Assembly (NCBI GenBank): GCA_963822445.1
Contig: CAWGHO010000002.1
Span: 384,001 to 448,000 of the forward strand
DNA: 64,000 nucleotides
Direction: 5' to 3'
Source of the DNA: an uncultured Acidobacteriota bacterium
GTDB lineage: Bacteria; Acidobacteriota; Thermoanaerobaculia; Gp7-AA8
Shown here: piece after piece, positions 19,996 to 28,321 of the stretch
Numbering within the stretch: position 1 is the first letter of the stretch
Layout of the letters: every line of letters begins with the position of its first letter
Made by a program: the position numbers and the translations under genes
Notes under the pieces: generated by a model
What the model was told of the DNA's origin: nothing
Databases searched by the model: none
The model's input: the letters and a program-made list of their open reading frames with translations, nothing else

Positions 19996-20027
19996 AAAAA
20001 AAAAGGCAGGCGCGAGGCCTGCCTTTT
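19996..20027 (-). terminator. Rho-independent terminator after the bacilliredoxin gene
   Basis: GGCAGGC-GCGAG-GCCTGCC stem with a 9-T tail on the minus strand. Confidence 0.8.
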
Positions 20028-20046
20028 GCCGAGACAACTGGGTTGC

Positions 20047-20481
20047 TTACTGCACCGAAACCGGCTTCTGGCAATGCTCCTTGAACGCGGTCGTCAGCTC
20101 GGCGGCGATGTCGTGCGCGGCACGGCCTTCGATGTTCCAGCGCTCGAACATCTTCACCACCTGGCCGTCCTTCAGCAGGGCGATCGAGGGCGAAGACGGC
20201 CTGAAGCCGACAAAGTACTCACGCGCGCGGGCAGTGGCGTCGCGGTCATTGCCCGCGAACACGGTGATCATTTTGTCGGGCAGACAGTCGCTCTCGAGCG
20301 CCATCGCCACCGCGGGGCGGGCCATGCCGGCCGCACATCCGCAAACTGAGTTGACGACGACCAGAACGGTCCCCTTCTTCTCACCGAGAACGGCGTCGAC
20401 ATCGGCCGCCGTCCGCGCTTCCTGAATGCCGAGCCGAGTCAGCTCCTGCCGCATCGGTCCGACGATCATTTCGTCATACAT
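20047..20481 (-). CDS. BrxA/BrxB family bacilliredoxin
   Basis: VVNSVCGCAAGMARP (CGC motif), TVFAGND, PSSPSIALLKDG; RBS GGAGG. Confidence 0.93.
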   Translation of the reverse strand: MYDEMIVGPMRQELTRLGIQEARTAADVDAVLGEKKGTVLVVVNSVCGCAAGMARPAVAMALESDCLPDKMITVFAGNDRDATARAREYFVGFRPSSPSIALLKDGQVVKMFERWNIEGRAAHDIAAELTTAFKEHCQKPVSVQ

Positions 20482-20554
20482 CTCAGAGTCCTCCGGCCGC
20501 GAATCATAGCAAGTCGCCGGATTGCCGCCCGAAAGGTCCGGCGACAACCCGGCT

Positions 20555-20585
20555 ACTAATCACTAACGACTAACCACTAACGACT
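20555..20585. repeat. 7-bp tandem repeat ACTAA(T/C)(C/G), about 4.5 copies
   Basis: ACTAATC ACTAACG ACTAACC ACTAACG ACT directly after the M48 stop; neighbouring hairpin at 20513-20545. Confidence 0.7.
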
Positions 20586-22052
20586 TCAGTGCGCGTGTTT
20601 CGTGTCATCCACGTTCAGCGACTTCAGCATCGAGTTCAGCACGGCGCTGTACTGCGACGCCTCCTGCTCCGGGGTCACGAACACCAGGTACATCACGTGA
20701 CCGTCGGGCAGGGCCCGGGTGACGACCGAGACCCGCTCGTTGACGCGCGTGTTCGGGTTCGTCCCGCGAAGCGACGCCGCGTACGCGGTCTTGCCGTCGA
20801 TGGCGAGCTTCGCCCCGGAGTTCTGAAGCACCCTCAGGTGAGGACTGGACTGCATGATCTGGCCGACCAGATCGTTCGTCGCATCCTCGAGGGTGATCGA
20901 GCCGCTGCGCGTGTCTCGCAGATACGTCCCGCTGCGGTTTCCAAACGGGTCGTAGTGGTTGATCATCGCGCCGTAAACCACCTCGGTCTTGTTTCCGACG
21001 TTGCCGATGCCCCCTTCCGGAGCGAAGGTCACGCCGAATCCGCTCTCACCGTACACCCTCCAGTTCGACGGGTAGCCGATCTCGTAGGCGCCCGACTGCG
21101 GCCTGAACTTCCGCCACGAGCTCGAAGGCGCTTCGACCCGGCCGATGCTGCTGCTGCTCGTCATCGGAGGATCATTGGTCCGCGTCCCCTGCGCGATGGC
21201 AGTGGACGACGAGCCCGCGCTGCCGAAGCCGCGCAGACGCGACTGCACGCGCGCGAGCTGCTGGGTATTCTGCGTCGGTGAGGCCGGCTCGCGCAGGAGC
21301 TGGCGCTCCTTCTCGATGCGCGCGATGCGGTCAGGCGGCGCAGGGTGATGTGAAAGCCAGGTGGTCTTCTTCGCCGTGTCGACCTTCGCCAGCGTGTTGA
21401 AGAAGCTGACCATGTCCGCAGGCGTGTAGCCGCTCGCGGCCAGAATCTGCGCGCCGCGCACATCCGCCTGCGTCTCGAGCTCGCGGCTGAACTTCAGGAA
21501 CAGCGCGTTCAGTCCGACGCCGCCAACGGTGTTGAGAATCTGGGCGGTGCTCTGTCCGACCTTGCCGCCGAGGAGTCCGCCGAGAATCTGCAGGCCGGCG
21601 TTGGCGGCGTAGGCCTTCGAGGCCTGGTGCGTGCCGTGGCGAAGCGCGGAGTGCGCGATCTCGTGGGCGAGCACGCCCGCGATCTCACCCTCGTTCCGCG
21701 CGTTCTCGATGATGCCGCGGTTGAGATAGATGTAGCCGCCGGGCAACGCGAAGGCGTTGATGTCCGACTGGTTCACGACCTTGAAGCGATACTGAAATTT
21801 CGGGCCGCCCGCGTTGGCGGCGAGCTTCTGGCCGATGCTGTTGACGTACTGCTCGATGTCCCGGTCGTTGAGGATGGGAACCTGACGTTCGGCTTCCATC
21901 GCCGACTGCTGACCGATCTCGACATCCTGTTGCGGACTGAAAAGGTTCCAGCCCGGATTGATCTTCGTCTGCGCCTCGGCCACACCTGCCGCAAGGGTCA
22001 GGGCGACCATCAACGCGATCACCGGGCGCGCACGTAGCGCTGATCCGTTCAT
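20586..22052 (-). CDS. M48 family metalloprotease (BepA/YfgC-like) with C-terminal extension
   Basis: INAFALPGG, LAHEIAH, FSRELETQAD, SHHP; signal peptide. Confidence 0.92.
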   Translation of the reverse strand: MNGSALRARPVIALMVALTLAAGVAEAQTKINPGWNLFSPQQDVEIGQQSAMEAERQVPILNDRDIEQYVNSIGQKLAANAGGPKFQYRFKVVNQSDINAFALPGGYIYLNRGIIENARNEGEIAGVLAHEIAHSALRHGTHQASKAYAANAGLQILGGLLGGKVGQSTAQILNTVGGVGLNALFLKFSRELETQADVRGAQILAASGYTPADMVSFFNTLAKVDTAKKTTWLSHHPAPPDRIARIEKERQLLREPASPTQNTQQLARVQSRLRGFGSAGSSSTAIAQGTRTNDPPMTSSSSIGRVEAPSSSWRKFRPQSGAYEIGYPSNWRVYGESGFGVTFAPEGGIGNVGNKTEVVYGAMINHYDPFGNRSGTYLRDTRSGSITLEDATNDLVGQIMQSSPHLRVLQNSGAKLAIDGKTAYAASLRGTNPNTRVNERVSVVTRALPDGHVMYLVFVTPEQEASQYSAVLNSMLKSLNVDDTKHAH

Positions 22053-22148
22053 ATTGCCTCCTTCAAATAACTACCCTCCAGAGTGCACGGGCGGTGCCGG
22101 AGAGCGGAACGCGGCCCTCGGCACCGGATGTAATTGGAATGGCAGGAC

Positions 22149-23390
22149 TTAGCGGCGAACGGCGCGCTTCTTCATGAACATCGCCGTCAGCCGCTGGAGA
22201 TCGAGGGAGTCAATCAGTCCATCGGCGGTGACATCGCAGCCCCACGAGCCGGCGTGTGCACCATCCTGCGCACGGATCATGGGCTGGGAAGGTGCCTCGG
22301 CCAGCTCGCGCATGAGCGGCAGGACGTCCCGGCCATCCGCGAATCCATCCCCGTTGCAGTCGCCGCGCTGCGGCACGACCAGGCGGTGGATGGTGGACGT
22401 CGCCGGGAAGGACGCCGTCGCGAAGTAGATCTCTCCGTCCGGCGCTTCGGTGACGTCGATGATGAAGTCGTCGAAGTCGCTCACGATCGCGATCGGATCG
22501 GCGACCGGTCGCGTGTCGAGGTCGGGAAAGTAGAAGAGCGACTTGGCCACGAACGTCGCCAGCAGATAGCCGTGCTGCACGAGCGAGCCCGCGCCGCTCA
22601 TTCTGGCGAGACCGGTCGGAGCGACGGTGTGGGCGAAAACGTAATCGGGCTCGATCGCGCCGACCATCTGCGGCTCGTTGCCGAAGGTCTCCGGCCATCC
22701 GCAGTTCGCTCCCTGATCGATGACGTGAATCTCATCGCCGCCATCGGGACCGTTGTCCGCGACGACGATGCGATCGGACTCCGGATCCCAGGCGAGGTCG
22801 TACGGATTGCGAAGTCCCAGCGCGAACTGCGAAGTACGGCCGTCGGACTCGATGCGAAAGATCTTGCCGCCGTTCCAGTCCGGACGCTGCGCGGCAACGC
22901 GGCCGCCGTACTCGCCGATGCCGACGAAGATCGAGCCGTCCGGCGCGACGATGGGATTGCCGCCGTGATGTTCGGAGGAGACGCCGTTCAGCCGATTGAC
23001 GACGTCGCAGGGGAAGACCTGCAGGACGGTCTCGACACCGGTGACGAGATCTACGCGCGAGATCACGTCATCGAGAACTCGGCTCTTGTCCCACGTCGTG
23101 TAATGAACGACCGCCGTGCGATCGTCGATGAGGGCCATGCCCAGGAGGCCGGCGTTGCCGCCGGACTTGGTCGGCAGCGCGGCGATCTGCACGCTTCCGC
23201 CGTCCTCGAGCCGGTGGATCCAGCCGTCGGTGGTCGTGAAGTAGATGGTGTTCTTCGAGTCGACGACGATCGAGCTGACGAAGCCCGGGGCCGTGCCGAG
23301 GGTCTCAGCGCGGAAACCGGGCAGCATCTGGCCGCTTGCGAAAGGGGCCGTGAGAAGGAGGAGTACGAGAACCGGGCTGAGGCGCTTCAT
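22149..23390 (-). CDS. PQQ-dependent sugar dehydrogenase (glucose/sorbosone DH) with C-terminal dockerin/EF-hand-like repeats
   Basis: GLLGMA, HHGG, GKIFRI, GLRNPY, NCGWP, APTGL; GDCNGDG..DGRD and DVTADGLIDSLD; start MKRLSPVLV with signal peptide. Confidence 0.88.
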   Translation of the reverse strand: MKRLSPVLVLLLLTAPFASGQMLPGFRAETLGTAPGFVSSIVVDSKNTIYFTTTDGWIHRLEDGGSVQIAALPTKSGGNAGLLGMALIDDRTAVVHYTTWDKSRVLDDVISRVDLVTGVETVLQVFPCDVVNRLNGVSSEHHGGNPIVAPDGSIFVGIGEYGGRVAAQRPDWNGGKIFRIESDGRTSQFALGLRNPYDLAWDPESDRIVVADNGPDGGDEIHVIDQGANCGWPETFGNEPQMVGAIEPDYVFAHTVAPTGLARMSGAGSLVQHGYLLATFVAKSLFYFPDLDTRPVADPIAIVSDFDDFIIDVTEAPDGEIYFATASFPATSTIHRLVVPQRGDCNGDGFADGRDVLPLMRELAEAPSQPMIRAQDGAHAGSWGCDVTADGLIDSLDLQRLTAMFMKKRAVRR

Positions 23391-23465
23391 CCGTTGGCCG
23401 CACTTTAAGAAAGATTCACGCCAGCCGGCACGAAACCTCTCGCAATCCTCTGCATCGAAACCATC

Positions 23466-23897
23466 ATGCGTTTCCTCACCCTCACCTTTCTGCTCCTCAC
23501 CGTGCCCGTCTTCGCCATCGATCCGGTCTTCGAAACGGACGGCGTGGCCATCGGCGGCTACGACGCCGTCGCGTATTTCACCGACGCGAAGGCGGTCGAG
23601 GGCACGAAACAGCACTCGTTCGACTGGTACGGCACGACCTGGCAGTTCGTCTCGGAAGCCAATCGTGCCGCCTTCGCCAAAGATCCGAAAAAGTACGCGC
23701 CGCAGTACGGCGGCTACTGCGCGTTCGGCGTGAGCCGCGGTTACGCGGTGAGAGTCGACCCGACGGCCTGGAAGGTGGTCGACGGAAAGCTCTACCTCAA
23801 TTACAACCACGACGTGCAGGCCGAATGGGCGAAGGACATCGCCGGCCATATCCAGAAGGCCGACGCGAACTGGCCGAAGGTCCTCGAAGCGAAGTAG
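23466..23897 (+). CDS. YHS domain-containing (seleno)protein family, Cys form
   Basis: AIGGYDAVAYF, PKKYAPQYGGYCAF, VDGKLYLNYN, ADANWP. Confidence 0.92.
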   Translation: MRFLTLTFLLLTVPVFAIDPVFETDGVAIGGYDAVAYFTDAKAVEGTKQHSFDWYGTTWQFVSEANRAAFAKDPKKYAPQYGGYCAFGVSRGYAVRVDPTAWKVVDGKLYLNYNHDVQAEWAKDIAGHIQKADANWPKVLEAK

Positions 23898-23922
23898 GGC
23901 TCGTGCTGCGGCGCAGGCGATA

Positions 23923-24525
23923 ATGGCCGCGATCCCCATGGTCAGTCTCGACAGCGACGCGGCACTCGTGGCCGGTCTGCAAGCCGGCGACGCGCAGGCG
24001 TTCGAGAAACTGATCGGCCTCCACGGCCCCCCGCTCCTCCGCCTGGCCCGCCGCATCCTCGGCAACGAAGAAGACGCCCGCGACGCATTCCAGGACGCCA
24101 TGCTCGCCGTGCATCGATCGATCGGGTCGTTCGAAGGACAGGCCATGCTCTCCACGTGGCTGCACCGGATCGTGGTCAACGCCTGTCTGATGCGGTTGCG
24201 CGCGAAACGGCGGCGCCCCGAGGAAAGCGACATCGAGACGCTGCTGCCGACGTTCATCGAGGATGGACATCAGACCGAGCCGAACACCGCCTGGACCGAG
24301 CCGGCCGACGCGATCATCGAGCGCGAGGAGACCCGGGCCATGGTCCGCGACTGCATCGCCCGGCTTCCCGACGCTTACCGTATCGTTTTGCACTTGCGCG
24401 ACATCGAAGAGAAGAGCACCGAGGAGACCGCGGGGATTCTGGGGATCACCAGGAACGCGGTGAAGATCCGGTTGCACCGCGCGCGGCAGGCGCTGCGCAC
24501 GCTGCTGGACAGGCACATGAGATGA
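23923..24525 (+). CDS. ECF sigma-70 factor (start may be ATG at 23938)
   Basis: DARDAFQD, FEGQAMLSTWLHRIVVN, region 4 VKIRLHRAR. Confidence 0.93.
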   Translation: MAAIPMVSLDSDAALVAGLQAGDAQAFEKLIGLHGPPLLRLARRILGNEEDARDAFQDAMLAVHRSIGSFEGQAMLSTWLHRIVVNACLMRLRAKRRRPEESDIETLLPTFIEDGHQTEPNTAWTEPADAIIEREETRAMVRDCIARLPDAYRIVLHLRDIEEKSTEETAGILGITRNAVKIRLHRARQALRTLLDRHMR

Positions 24526-24752
24526 GCTACATCACCTGCAAAGAGCTGATCGACTTCCTCGACGACTACGTCGCGGACGACCTGCCGCCCTCGCGGCGTC
24601 ACGAGTTCGAGCGCCATCTCAAAGTCTGCCCCTCGTGCGTCGCGTACGTGAAGAGCTACCGCGACACCATCCAGATGGCGCGGCACGCATACGCCGATCC
24701 GGCGGAGATTCCGCCGGAGCTCCTCACCACGTTACTGCGTCTGATCACGTAA
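24522..24752 (+). CDS. zf-HC2 anti-sigma factor
   Basis: MSYITCKE...HLKVCPSC (HxxxCxxC); ATGA overlap with the sigma gene. Confidence 0.9.
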   Translation: MSYITCKELIDFLDDYVADDLPPSRRHEFERHLKVCPSCVAYVKSYRDTIQMARHAYADPAEIPPELLTTLLRLIT

Positions 24753-27674
24753 CTGCTCCATGTGAACCCGCTTCACGGCGATGCCGGCCAGCGAAGGGTC
24801 GGTATAGCCGCCGCTGGTCAGGCCAAGGGCCGCGCGGGCTGCGTCGAGCTGGGAACGCAGCTCGGTGAAGTGCACGGCCTTGATGATCACGCCGGCGAGC
24901 GCCGGATCGTCGTAAGCCGCCGGCGGAAGGCCGGCCAGATGGCGAACCGCATTCACCGCACCGCGCAGCTCCGCGAGATGCAGCGCTTTGACGTGTACCA
25001 CGCCGATCGGCGCATCGGCGAAGAAGACAGTGGTCGCGAGATCGGATCCGCTGTTGCCGGAGACCCCAAGGTCGTTCACTGCGCGCACGCGGTACACGTA
25101 GGAGGTGTCCGGGGCGACGGTGGTGTCCGAATACGAATTCGTCGGAGACGTACCGATCTGAATGAACCCGGTACCCGGCGACCGCCGATCGATCTGATAC
25201 GACGACGCGCCGGAGGCCGCGGTCCAGGTCAGATCGATGCGCGTCGTGGTGACCGCACCGGCGCTCAGCCCGGTCGGGATGCCCGGAGGCGCGGCCTGAT
25301 AGGTGTACCCGTTGATGATCGAGTCCGTGCCACCCGCGGTCTGCACGATCACCGTCACCGCTCCCGCCGCGTGCGCCGGCGTGAGCACGTCAATGGAAGT
25401 CGGCGTGTTGCCGGTGATGGTCGCCGGAACGCCTCCGAAGGTGACCGAGACCGCGCCGGCGAGATACGTTCCGCTGATGGTCACGCTCTGGCCGCCGGCC
25501 TGCGGTCCTGCATTCGGCAGGATCGTCGTCGCCGAAGCGCACTCGGACGTGTTGTAAACCACCGAAACCTGCGCCGTTTCGGCCACCACCAGATCCTGCG
25601 CGCCGTCTTCGTCGAAGTCCGCAGCGGCAACTCCGAACGAAGTGTTGCTGAACCCGAAACTGGTGAGATATTCGCCGTCGAACGTTCCGTCGCCGTTGCC
25701 CGGAAGAAAGAACAGGTTCGGGTAGAAGGTCAGGTTGTGATCCTCGGCGACCGCGAGATCGAGGAACCCGTCGCCGTTCAGATCCGCCGCGACGAGGTCG
25801 TTCAGTTCGTCGTACTCATCGAAGCCGACTTCGTAGTTGACGGCCGCGGCGAACGTTCCGCTGCCGCTGCCGATGAAGATCGACACGTTGTACGAGTAGC
25901 GGTTGCTGACGGCCAGGTCGAGGTCTCCGTCATCATCGAAGTCGGCGGCGGTGACTCTCGCCGGAGTGTCGCCCGCGGTGTAGGGCACGTGCGCGCCGAA
26001 CGCACCATTGCCGGGGTTGATCAGCACGGCCAGACCGCTCTCCGTGGCCGCGGCGATGTCGGAGATCTGGTCACCGTTGAAGTCGCCGGCAGCGAGGCCT
26101 TGCACGTAACCGCCTACGCCGAAGTTGACGACGGCGTCGAAGGTGCCGTCGCCGTTGCCGGTCAGAACACCGACGCTGCTGGCGAAGTAGTTCGCGACCA
26201 CGAGGTCCTGTAGGCCGTCGTCATTGAAATCGCCGGCCGCCAGGTCGCGAACGTCGCTCAGCGTGGTGAAGCTGGTCGCGCTGCCGAACGTCCCGTCACC
26301 GACGCCGAGGAAGATCCGCACGCTGCTGTAGCTCGCGGCGGCGAGATCGAGGATCTGATCGTTGTTGAAGTACCCCGCGACCACGTCGCTGATGAACGTG
26401 CCGCTGTCGTACGTGACGATGGGCTCGAATGCACCGTCGCCGCGGCCCAGGAGCACCTGCAGGTCGCCCGCAGCGACGGCGATGTCCTGATGCCCGTCGT
26501 TGTCGAAGTCGTTCGTGGTCACGTCGTTCACGGGCGACCCGACGGCGTAGTGCGCTGCGAGGAGACCATCGCCCAGGCCGTAGAGCATGGTCACCTCGTA
26601 GAGAGTCGCACCGGTCACCGCGACGTCGACGAATCCGTTTTCATCGACGTCGGCGATGGCGATCCCGCTGGGGTTCTGGCCGGCGCCGTAGGTGGTCGTA
26701 TCGGTGAAGGTGCCGTCGCTCTCGCCAAGAAGGACGCTGATCGTGTTGTCGGCGCGATTGGCGGCGAGGAGGTCCAGCCGTCCATCGCCGTTGATGTCGC
26801 CCGCCGTGAGGAAACCAGGATTGTCGCCGACGGGATACGTGACGGCGGGGTCGAAGGTGCCGTCGCCGTTGCTGATGCGGATGGCGACGCTGTCGGATCC
26901 ACTGACGGTTGCGGCGATGTCGAAATCGCCGTCGCCGTTGAAGTCGCCCGTGGCCACGCCGGCCGCGTTCCCGCCCGTGGTCACCGCGACCGCGGCGGCG
27001 AGCGTCCCACTGCCGTTGTTCAACAGCACCGAGACTGCATCGCTGACCGAGCTGCCGACCACGACGTCACGATCGCCGTCGCCGTCGACGTCGCCGATGG
27101 CCACGGAGCCGGGAGTGGGGCCGACGGCGTAACTCACGCCCGCCGCGAATACGCCGCTGCCGTTGTTGATGAGGATGGAGACGGTACTGGTGTTCTCGTT
27201 CGCCACGGCGAGATCGGCCCTGCCGTCGCCGGTGAGGTCCCCCGCGGCGAGCGCGCGAGGTGAGTCGGACGTGATGGAGACCGGCGTACCTAGGGTGCCG
27301 AAGCCGTTGTTCAGCTTGACCGTGACGGCGTCCTGGATGAGCGCGCCGCCGGCGAGGTCCACGACGCCGTCTCCGTTGAAGTCGGCCAGGACGACGGAGG
27401 TAGGCTGGGTGCCGATGTAGTGATCGGAGGGCGGCGCGAGAAAGAGGCCGCCGCCGGTGTTGCGGAGAATGGTGATCTCGCTCGAGTTCGCGACCGCCAG
27501 ATCGGGCCTGCCGTCGTCGTTCACGTCGCCCGCGGAGACGGCCACGGGATTGCTACCCGCGTCGAACTTCTTCGCCGCGATGAAGTCCGTGCAGAACTGC
27601 GCGGCGGCGCCCCTCGCGAACAGGATGAACATCGTCAACGCGAGGTAACGGCAATCGAGTTTTCCGAAACGCAT
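24732..27674 (-). CDS. Secreted FG-GAP/VCBS repeat protein with IPT/TIG, Fn3 and a C-terminal triple repeat
   Basis: About a dozen (G/A)DxxxDGxxD repeats; GPQAGGQSVTISG (IPT); PTGLSA...YRVRAVN (Fn3); RBS GGAGG before ATG at 27674. Confidence 0.92.
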   Translation of the reverse strand: MRFGKLDCRYLALTMFILFARGAAAQFCTDFIAAKKFDAGSNPVAVSAGDVNDDGRPDLAVANSSEITILRNTGGGLFLAPPSDHYIGTQPTSVVLADFNGDGVVDLAGGALIQDAVTVKLNNGFGTLGTPVSITSDSPRALAAGDLTGDGRADLAVANENTSTVSILINNGSGVFAAGVSYAVGPTPGSVAIGDVDGDGDRDVVVGSSVSDAVSVLLNNGSGTLAAAVAVTTGGNAAGVATGDFNGDGDFDIAATVSGSDSVAIRISNGDGTFDPAVTYPVGDNPGFLTAGDINGDGRLDLLAANRADNTISVLLGESDGTFTDTTTYGAGQNPSGIAIADVDENGFVDVAVTGATLYEVTMLYGLGDGLLAAHYAVGSPVNDVTTNDFDNDGHQDIAVAAGDLQVLLGRGDGAFEPIVTYDSGTFISDVVAGYFNNDQILDLAAASYSSVRIFLGVGDGTFGSATSFTTLSDVRDLAAGDFNDDGLQDLVVANYFASSVGVLTGNGDGTFDAVVNFGVGGYVQGLAAGDFNGDQISDIAAATESGLAVLINPGNGAFGAHVPYTAGDTPARVTAADFDDDGDLDLAVSNRYSYNVSIFIGSGSGTFAAAVNYEVGFDEYDELNDLVAADLNGDGFLDLAVAEDHNLTFYPNLFFLPGNGDGTFDGEYLTSFGFSNTSFGVAAADFDEDGAQDLVVAETAQVSVVYNTSECASATTILPNAGPQAGGQSVTISGTYLAGAVSVTFGGVPATITGNTPTSIDVLTPAHAAGAVTVIVQTAGGTDSIINGYTYQAAPPGIPTGLSAGAVTTTRIDLTWTAASGASSYQIDRRSPGTGFIQIGTSPTNSYSDTTVAPDTSYVYRVRAVNDLGVSGNSGSDLATTVFFADAPIGVVHVKALHLAELRGAVNAVRHLAGLPPAAYDDPALAGVIIKAVHFTELRSQLDAARAALGLTSGGYTDPSLAGIAVKRVHMEQLRDQTQ

Positions 27675-27811
27675 TCGGCCTCCAGGTACGGGGTCCCGTT
27701 TGTATGGATTTGTCGGTCGGACCGCCGGGCAGATTAGCGGGTTCGGAGGAGGTAGGCAACGGCCGAGCGGAACCGGAATAGGAAGGGATGGAGGCAGGTT
27801 CTTGAGTGTCC

Positions 27812-27840
27812 TTGACGGGGAGAGGAGCGGTGGAGATAAT
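27812..27840 (+). promoter_or_regulatory. Sigma70 promoter of the tRNA
   Basis: TTGACG (27812-27817), 17 bp, GATAAT (27835-27840). Confidence 0.75.
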
Positions 27841-27869
27841 CCCGCCTCTTCGCAGTCAACCAACCTTGT

Positions 27870-27946
<77 letters not shown>

Positions 27947-27962
27947 ATGCTAAATACCTGAA

Positions 27963-27994
27963 TGGCCGGCACTTACGCCGGCCACTTGCGTTTT
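27963..27994 (+). terminator. Hairpin after the tRNA (putative terminator)
   Basis: TGGCCGGC-ACTTAC-GCCGGCCA followed by TTGCGTTTT. Confidence 0.5.
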
Positions 27995-28124
27995 CACAAG
28001 AAACCCTGATTAAGGGATTCTTGTGACCTGAGTTTACGCAACCGCTCTCCGCTCCGAATCAGGGCTTCGAAAGTCAGTGATTTACGACACCCCGATCGAC
28101 GGTCAGCCGCGCTGCTTGTGGCTA

Positions 28125-28137
28125 AACCCAAAGGTCG
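28125..28137 (+). repeat. 13-bp direct repeat of tRNA-Met (att-like scar)
   Basis: AACCCAAAGGTCG is identical to tRNA positions 27907-27919, with looser similarity on both sides (..TTCA). Confidence 0.6.
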
Positions 28138-28321
28138 GTATTCACCTCACCCGCGATGCGCCTTCAAACTCGAATTGACCCAAGGGTTGAGGATTCAACT
28201 ACTCCTCTCACCTCGGCAGTCAACGCCTGGCACGGGTCGCTCACCGTCCTTCCGGCAGTCGGCTGGAACGGCAGCGTCGCTTGAATCGGTCGATTTCTCG
28301 CTCCGAGGCTCGCTTGATGTC

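Noticed and set aside
20047-20481. Bacilliredoxin outside Firmicutes as a novelty
   Set aside because: BrxA/B homologs are already known from several other phyla.
23466-23897. Possible selenoprotein (YHS family)
   Set aside because: No in-frame TGA; the site is Cys (GGYCAF).
23391-24257. N-terminal extension of the 702-aa ORF 22149-24257
   Set aside because: Overlaps the YHS and sigma genes on the opposite strand; the signal peptide begins at ATG 23390.
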